From Candidatus Latescibacterota bacterium (GTDB taxonomy: Bacteria > Latescibacterota > UBA2968 > GCA-2709665): a stretch of DNA of 64,000 bases. Below, piece after piece: positions 58,330-64,000 of the stretch. Position 1 is the first letter of the stretch. Every line of letters starts with the position of its first letter. The notes beneath the pieces were generated by a model. It saw only the letters and a program-made list of their open reading frames with translations. It did not search any database and was not told the origin of the DNA. The stretch spans positions 4,064,001-4,128,000 of the forward strand of contig OZ244744.1 of assembly GCA_965219455.1 (NCBI GenBank), written 5' to 3'. A program made the position numbers and the translations under genes.

Positions 58330-59736
58330 TCATTGAAAGCACAACAAAGTCGTGGCGGGCCGTCCAGGGTACATTTTCAGCAGCCGGGTCGAATTCCACT
58401 CGCCCCACCGGTCGGACCAGGTAAAAATCTCGCCTGTTGGCCGCGTTCGAACAAATCTCCCACCGGGCAAGACCGCTTCGAGTACGAAATTGCCCAGTGT
58501 ACACGCCTCATTCCGGGGAACCCGGATCTCGATACGATTCTCCATCCGCAGATGTTCAAGGCATTTCGCGGGCAACTCCATCCGGATCGGCGCATATTCG
58601 TTTGCGGGAGGCAGGTTGCCAACCCACTCGTCATTGAGGAAAACCTGCTTATCAGTGCGCAAGGCATGCCATCCGCAGAACCGCAAGGAAGCACGCCGAA
58701 TATGGTTCAAGTCGTCATAAATCAAACGGGCATCGGGCGGGTGCTCCATTTTTTCGAATGCCGAAAGATCTCCGGGTCGATGCCAGGCAAGTCGGGTCTC
58801 CACACCTCTATTCAAATGATGCCATGCCGTTTCGACCGAAGTCTGGCCGACATGGACGATAAACCATCCGGGCGCCGTATTCTCAAGATAGCCCGGCCAG
58901 CAGGTCAGCACGTCCTGGGGATACGGTAACAGGTTTTGCACACGGTCCAGCGGCGTTGGCATCTCGCTGGAAAGGCCGATGGAAGCACACATGCATTGCA
59001 GAACGGGTCGTCCATCCGTACGGTGAAGCAACACGCTCTGGTTGTGGGTATGCCCACAAAAAAAGGCGTCTACGGGTTGTTCCCGCAGTATTTCCGGCAT
59101 ATCGAGATGAAAATCGATGTTCGTAAAAAAGGCCCTTGCCATTGGCCAGACCGGATGGTGCCCAAACAGAAACGTACGTTCGATTCCCGCAGCCTCCCGC
59201 CCATTTAACGCGAATTCCAGCCACTTCCTTTGTGCGCCCTGCCTTTTCCACGTGGGCGTGTCGAGGAAAACCAGCCGGCAGCCGGCAATATCCAGAAAGA
59301 AAAACCGCTCTCGGGGCGTGCTGCCGAGCCAACGGGAAAGGTAGGGTCGAACGACGCCGTCGAAGGCCTCGACGCGGTCCCTGTTTCCACATGCGAACAG
59401 CAGCGGAATCCCATATCCTTCGAAAAATCCCAGCCCTTCCTTGATCTCATCAATGGAGAGTTCGACGTCCTGGTGCCCCTCAACGAGATCTCCGGTGATG
59501 ACCAGAAAAGCAGGCGAGACTTCTTTTAGCGAAGCCATCATCGGCATAAGAACATAGTGAACGCTCTCGAGGTACTGGTCAACCTGCAAGGGTCGAAACG
59601 AACCACCGGGTTCACCTGTTTGTCGCCCGAACTTTGGGTGCAAAAAGTGCGTGTCGCCCACCACGGCAAAAGTGAACGGTTTGTCGATGCGGTCGCCGGC
59701 CTCCTGCAGATTCATTTGTACGCTTTCCTTGTTCAT
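58330..59736 (-). CDS. Calcineurin-like metallophosphoesterase with C-terminal beta domain
   Basis: GDTH, TGDLV, GNRD, GHHP, CGHTH. Confidence 0.82.
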   Translation of the reverse strand: MNKESVQMNLQEAGDRIDKPFTFAVVGDTHFLHPKFGRQTGEPGGSFRPLQVDQYLESVHYVLMPMMASLKEVSPAFLVITGDLVEGHQDVELSIDEIKEGLGFFEGYGIPLLFACGNRDRVEAFDGVVRPYLSRWLGSTPRERFFFLDIAGCRLVFLDTPTWKRQGAQRKWLEFALNGREAAGIERTFLFGHHPVWPMARAFFTNIDFHLDMPEILREQPVDAFFCGHTHNQSVLLHRTDGRPVLQCMCASIGLSSEMPTPLDRVQNLLPYPQDVLTCWPGYLENTAPGWFIVHVGQTSVETAWHHLNRGVETRLAWHRPGDLSAFEKMEHPPDARLIYDDLNHIRRASLRFCGWHALRTDKQVFLNDEWVGNLPPANEYAPIRMELPAKCLEHLRMENRIEIRVPRNEACTLGNFVLEAVLPGGRFVRTRPTGEIFTWSDRWGEWNSTRLLKMYPGRPATTLLCFQ

Positions 59737-60206
59737 ACGCCGCCACTCGGCGGACCGCCGCCCCGCCGCCCGCCGCCGCGTCCACGTTGAAACCCTCGTC
59801 GCATCCTCTCCAGATAACCATCCAGAACCTTATCCTGTCTGTCGTCCAGCACCGATTTGACCTTATCGAACATTGTGTTCCGAAGCCCGCCGAGCTTCTC
59901 CATAACTTGCTGCCGGTCCGCTCCATCCTGCATTTCTTTTACCAGTTCGGCCCGCTTGCCGTGTATCTCCATGAGTGCGCTTCGGATCTCAAGCATTTGA
60001 TTGTCTTTCAACGCGATCTTGCCGTCAAACGCCAGAAAACTCAGCGTTTGCTCTACAGGCAACATCATTCTGATCCGGGCTGCGCCACCGCGCCTTCCGC
60101 GTCCGCGCCCGCCCCTGCCCTCCGGTTGTGCTGCCGCCTCCACGGCAAACGCCAATACAATACACGCAACGAGCGTAAGTCCTGTGAACCTTTCACCCCG
60201 TTTCAT
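59733..60206 (-). CDS. Secreted helical protein, Spy/CpxP-like, with Gly/Arg-rich termini
   Basis: AAGGAGG RBS before ATG 60206; signal peptide ending AAA; VLDDRQ (LTxxQ-like); GGRGRG tails. Confidence 0.65.
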   Translation of the reverse strand: MKRGERFTGLTLVACIVLAFAVEAAAQPEGRGGRGRGRRGGAARIRMMLPVEQTLSFLAFDGKIALKDNQMLEIRSALMEIHGKRAELVKEMQDGADRQQVMEKLGGLRNTMFDKVKSVLDDRQDKVLDGYLERMRRGFQRGRGGGRRGGGPPSGGV

Positions 60207-60340
60207 CGGTGCCTCCTTCTTGTTGAAACATGCCTGTCGGTTCAGGCGGACGTAAAATCGCCCGGATTCGGCTTCTTTGGTAACTTCCTTAGACAGTCGG
60301 AATCCGGGCGGCGTTCCATAATGGAATGCAGTTTTCCGGA

Positions 60341-62389
60341 CTAGAAGACAACCTGGGAAACGGCCTTTGATATCAACACAACAGAAACCGAAGTCATCCC
60401 GATGAGCCCCATACCACAGTAGTATCCGGCCAGGAGAATGGGCGCGTATGCCCTCCATTTGGTCTCGCCGAAACGTCTGGCGAAGTAGAAACGTCCAAGA
60501 AGCGCGCCGGCAAACTGCAGAATCACAAAATGTGGCCACGTGGCGAGTGAGCCCACAAAACCGAAAAAGAACAGCGTCGGCGCCTTCAACGCGGCCAGAA
60601 TCAGATACATGAGGCCGCCCACGGCAAACCCGGCCCCGATGATTTCCGGCTTGATGATATCCTTAAGGAGTTCGACGCCGACGGTTCCCTGGCCTTCGAG
60701 TTCCGGCATCGTCGACTTCAACCACATCGTGGTCATTGTGGCGTCGTATGGCCAGAACGTCTGCACATAGTAATAGCTGGACGAGGGAATGGGCCCCAGT
60801 CGCCAGATGAATTCCCAGAAAATAAAGCTGAAAATGAAAATTACGACCATGGTCACCGCAGTCAATTTCACGTAACTGACAAATTTCGTCTTCGTCAACT
60901 CCATCTGTTTATATGTAGGCACGGCAAGGCCGTGGTCGTGCAGGGGAAGTGGCGCAAACCAGACCGCCACGCCCTTGTATCCGGACAGAAGAATCCCCGC
61001 TTCCCGCAAATAGGGAATGCTCGCCCCGTACGGGCTTCCCGTCAGGCCGATCATTCGGGCGCCTATATAAGACGAAATCGGCGTGTAGATGAGCCCGAAG
61101 AACACAACCCAGCCCCAGTGGAATTCCGGAACCAGCATCTGACATAGCACTATAAAGCCGAGTGTGGCGGCGCCCCAGAACAGAATCGGGTAAATCATTT
61201 TCATGTCCGAGCGACCTTCCGGCAGGTCCTCGAGGTCGATACCCGATGTATGATGCCCGGTTTCCTGTTTCTGACGACGTTGTTCCATAAGCACTCGAAA
61301 CACCTGGTAGAATCCGGTGAACGCGATTATAAACGAAGTGCCGATACCAAAACTCAACCAGAAGTCGAACTGGTTGGAGATCGAAGTCGGGATCGCCGTC
61401 ATGCCCGCAGACCAGCGGTCCAGGATTTCATATTTGTAAAGAAACGGGTTGACAACCAGGTTTCCCAGGACGGCGCCGGCAAACGACCCGATAACCACCC
61501 AGAACGGCAACACGAATCCGACAATCAGGTGGCCCAGGTCGGTTGCAATTCCGAACAGCGCCGCAGGTAAGATGGTTTTGATCTGCTCCGTAAAATCGAT
61601 CCAGGGAATGGGCAGAATCTGGACCGTATCGGTCAGGAATATGCTGGAAAGCGTGGGGACAACAATGTAGAGCAGGCCCCAGACCAGTCCGATGCACGCG
61701 CCGGTACTGAATACCCGCCATCTCCAGCCCTCCTGCTTGGCCGACGTCTCGGCCAGCGCGGTGGCTCCGCGCGCCTGTACGGGCGCCAGCGGAAACGGCA
61801 ACCGTTCGATATCGCTCGTAATGCGAAACATCACGTACCCAAGCGATAGTCTCGCGGTATTGCTTAACAGTGTTAATGCAACGAGGATGCCGATCGGCTT
61901 CAACCACGCAGCGTGCAAAAACGTACGTTCGGCGTAGATCTCCGGATGTTCGCTGATCCTGGGAACCACCCAGTCCGGGAAGAAATCCGCGAGCCCCCTG
62001 GCCGCCGGGGATTGGATCAAGTATTGATCCCAGATTAATCCGCCGAACGGGCCCCCATACACGAGCGCCGCGCTGCCCAGTCTCACCCCCACCCCCAGCA
62101 ATCCACCCGCCACCCAGTAGATTACCAGGACCTCCTGCGTCTTCAGCCGCACGAAGGACCGTTTGGCGATTTCCAGGAAGAGGATGATGGTCACCCATTC
62201 GGACGCGCCCGCCATGTTCTGTCCGGTGACCAACCCGAGGTAGATTGCCCCCGGCAACATCACCAGGCCCACAAATAGCGTCGCCCACATGGTCTTCATA
62301 TTGAAACCATCTTCAAACGGCGCATCCACCGGCATGATGTTTTCGTACTGTTCCTGATCTTCTCTATTGTCTTCGGGTTCGATTGCCAA
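60341..62389 (-). CDS. OPT-superfamily-like polytopic membrane protein
   Basis: Many TM segments; PFEDGF, EWVTIILF, IE.LPFP.APV; GAGGAG RBS before TTG 62389. Confidence 0.7.
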   Translation of the reverse strand: MAIEPEDNREDQEQYENIMPVDAPFEDGFNMKTMWATLFVGLVMLPGAIYLGLVTGQNMAGASEWVTIILFLEIAKRSFVRLKTQEVLVIYWVAGGLLGVGVRLGSAALVYGGPFGGLIWDQYLIQSPAARGLADFFPDWVVPRISEHPEIYAERTFLHAAWLKPIGILVALTLLSNTARLSLGYVMFRITSDIERLPFPLAPVQARGATALAETSAKQEGWRWRVFSTGACIGLVWGLLYIVVPTLSSIFLTDTVQILPIPWIDFTEQIKTILPAALFGIATDLGHLIVGFVLPFWVVIGSFAGAVLGNLVVNPFLYKYEILDRWSAGMTAIPTSISNQFDFWLSFGIGTSFIIAFTGFYQVFRVLMEQRRQKQETGHHTSGIDLEDLPEGRSDMKMIYPILFWGAATLGFIVLCQMLVPEFHWGWVVFFGLIYTPISSYIGARMIGLTGSPYGASIPYLREAGILLSGYKGVAVWFAPLPLHDHGLAVPTYKQMELTKTKFVSYVKLTAVTMVVIFIFSFIFWEFIWRLGPIPSSSYYYVQTFWPYDATMTTMWLKSTMPELEGQGTVGVELLKDIIKPEIIGAGFAVGGLMYLILAALKAPTLFFFGFVGSLATWPHFVILQFAGALLGRFYFARRFGETKWRAYAPILLAGYYCGMGLIGMTSVSVVLISKAVSQVVF

Positions 62390-62474
62390 AACCACCCCTC
62401 CTCATTGGGAGCAGCGAGTCACGGGTTGCGGGTGTCAAGCTACCGGCTGTCCACGAATCGCGGCACAACGCTTC

Positions 62475-64000
62475 TTATACCCTTGCCTCTTCCACTGTGT
62501 TTGACAGAATCCGACTGCCCTCGTCCGCGTACTGGTGTTTCAATTCGGGTGGAATGGTCCGCCAGACCAGGAATCTTTTCCTGAGCACGTTCAGGAATCC
62601 TCGGTTGATCCGCTTCCAGGAGGCGACGTCACCGCTGAGTCGGTTGATAACAACCTCAATTTTATAAATATTGTATTCTCTGGTTGGTATCGCCCTCAAC
62701 TCCACCTCCTGGCTGATGCCCAGGTCGTAGGGCGCAAGCCAGCAGGTCAGGTTGATTTCATACTGCGGTTCACCCTGAATGTCCTGCGAGGTAAAACGGA
62801 CGTAATCGGCCACAAAGTCGCCGACGGACCCTTCGCCGTAGGATTCAAAAACCCGCGTCAGATAAGTGTACATTCCCAATACTTCCGCGCCGCCGACCGT
62901 AAACGGAAAATCGAACACCCATCTGTCGCCGTCGGGCTCCGGAAACTCCCATTTTCGCGTCACATCCGGCACGGCCATATCGGCGGCCTTCTTCGCAGGG
63001 TACAGCGTAGAGAGGAACACCGTTGCCATGACAATCAAGGTGGAGGAAATGGCCGACAAAGAAGAATAGTTCAACTCCAGGCTGAGCAGTTGTCCCTGTG
63101 CCTGCGCCTGAGTAAACAGCACAAGAACCAGCACTTGTCCTATTAAATACCCAAAGACGGCGCCAACCGTGGCGAATACTGTCGCCTCCGCGAGAAACAG
63201 CGCCGCAATGTGGTTTGGCGCCAGCCCGACGGCCGAGTAGATGCCAATTTCGTTGAACCGTTCGTACACCGCGCCCATCATTGTATTCAACACGATCAAC
63301 GCGGCAATCAGGATCGGAATAAACAGTGTGCCCAGACCGGAAAGAGACGTGGATCCGATGGAACTGTAAACCGTGACTTTTTCCTCGTGGCCCACGAACA
63401 TGGTCAGGGACACCCGGGTCATGAACTCTTCGACATCCGGCAGGAAGTTCGTCTTGGCGTTGCCCTGTGAGTCCACAAAATTCGCTACCGCGACGGAATT
63501 CAGGGTACCTCCAATATTCCGCACGTAATCATAAGGTACGATCATCACGTTGGTCGATTCCAGATGCGTAAACGTCTCAATTGGTGCCGCTGCGACAACC
63601 CGCGGGTCCTGGTCCTGAGCATCAGCCAGGTCGTCCTTCTCCTTTACCGTATCCACGGGCGTAAGCTTCTCGTCGTCCATATCCTTGTATTTATTGAAAT
63701 CCTCCGAGTCCATAATTCCGATAACCGTGAAAACACCGCCCAGCATCTCTATCTTTGCGGTACCGGCGTCTTCGGGAAAAATACCCACCAATTCCGCCAG
63801 GTCGTTCGGCAGAATACATACATCCGTCTCTCCTGGATTAAACCACCGCCCGCTCATCAGATATCGGTCGATACCGGTAATTTCCGGCTCCTCCGCCGTG
63901 AGGCCCAGCAACCCATTCACAAAACTGTCTTTTCCCGTGGTGATACCCACGTCAAAATCGACATAGGTATCTCTCGAGCCAAGGTAGGAGGTCTGCTCGG
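62475..64000 (-). CDS. Large FtsX/MacB-like ABC permease, 5' end beyond the window
   Basis: Frame open to the window edge; LNTMMGAVYERFNEIGIYSAVGL, LFLAEA, LYPAKKA; C-terminal FPFT...LAPYDLG domain. Confidence 0.8.
   Translation of the reverse strand, partial: EQTSYLGSRDTYVDFDVGITTGKDSFVNGLLGLTAEEPEITGIDRYLMSGRWFNPGETDVCILPNDLAELVGIFPEDAGTAKIEMLGGVFTVIGIMDSEDFNKYKDMDDEKLTPVDTVKEKDDLADAQDQDPRVVAAAPIETFTHLESTNVMIVPYDYVRNIGGTLNSVAVANFVDSQGNAKTNFLPDVEEFMTRVSLTMFVGHEEKVTVYSSIGSTSLSGLGTLFIPILIAALIVLNTMMGAVYERFNEIGIYSAVGLAPNHIAALFLAEATVFATVGAVFGYLIGQVLVLVLFTQAQAQGQLLSLELNYSSLSAISSTLIVMATVFLSTLYPAKKAADMAVPDVTRKWEFPEPDGDRWVFDFPFTVGGAEVLGMYTYLTRVFESYGEGSVGDFVADYVRFTSQDIQGEPQYEINLTCWLAPYDLGISQEVELRAIPTREYNIYKIEVVINRLSGDVASWKRINRGFLNVLRKRFLVWRTIPPELKHQYADEGSRILSNTVEEARV

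Noticed and set aside
23270-60120. KOPS-like GGGNAGGG polarity supporting the terminus
   Set aside because: Several fit (23270 on +; 39243, 41224, 52831, 60113 on -), but there are counter-examples near 23.9 kb and 29.2 kb, and GC skew alone could explain the bias. Not counted as evidence.
60207-60539. N-terminal extension of the 268-aa ORF
   Set aside because: It overlaps the OPT-like gene; the RBS and signal peptide indicate a start at 60206.
1-64000. CRISPR array or cas genes
   Set aside because: No regularly spaced repeats and no Cas motifs; the repeats are dispersed palindromes.

Overview
A 64-kb, GC-rich, gene-dense bacterial chromosome segment with about 57 CDS. No rRNA, tRNA or CRISPR array was seen. 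The gene order yicC-gmk-rpoZ-coaBC-udg-dnaB, the futalosine genes mqnB/mqnD, many Gfo/Idh/MocA, PhyH and heparinase-like enzymes, and an S8 protease with a C-terminal dockerin-like EF-hand pair suggest an FCB-group organism such as Ca. Latescibacterota (inference). By eye, the + strand changes from G-rich to C-rich near 24.6 kb and the outer gene blocks converge there. A dif-like 28-mer at that point overlaps the truC start codon, so the window probably contains the replication terminus. The most unusual items are five. (1) A 1.7-kb element between udg and dnaB has no terminal inverted repeats, a hairpin at each end and TAG on both flanks. Its 509-aa protein has Rep_trans-like (rolling-circle tyrosine) motifs rather than DDE or HUH motifs. 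(2) A tandem pair of queF paralogues, one lacking the catalytic Cys/Asp, lies outside any queuosine gene context. (3) A family of small MITE-like repeats, one forming a perfect 36-bp palindrome that supplies a gene's stop codon. (4) An operon joining an atypical ACP with a Re-citrate-synthase-like gene and mqnB/mqnD. (5) An uncharacterised envelope cluster of FtsX-like permease, OPT-like transporter and phosphoesterase. All product calls come from motif recognition; no database searches were run. Several starts were moved to RBS-supported codons.
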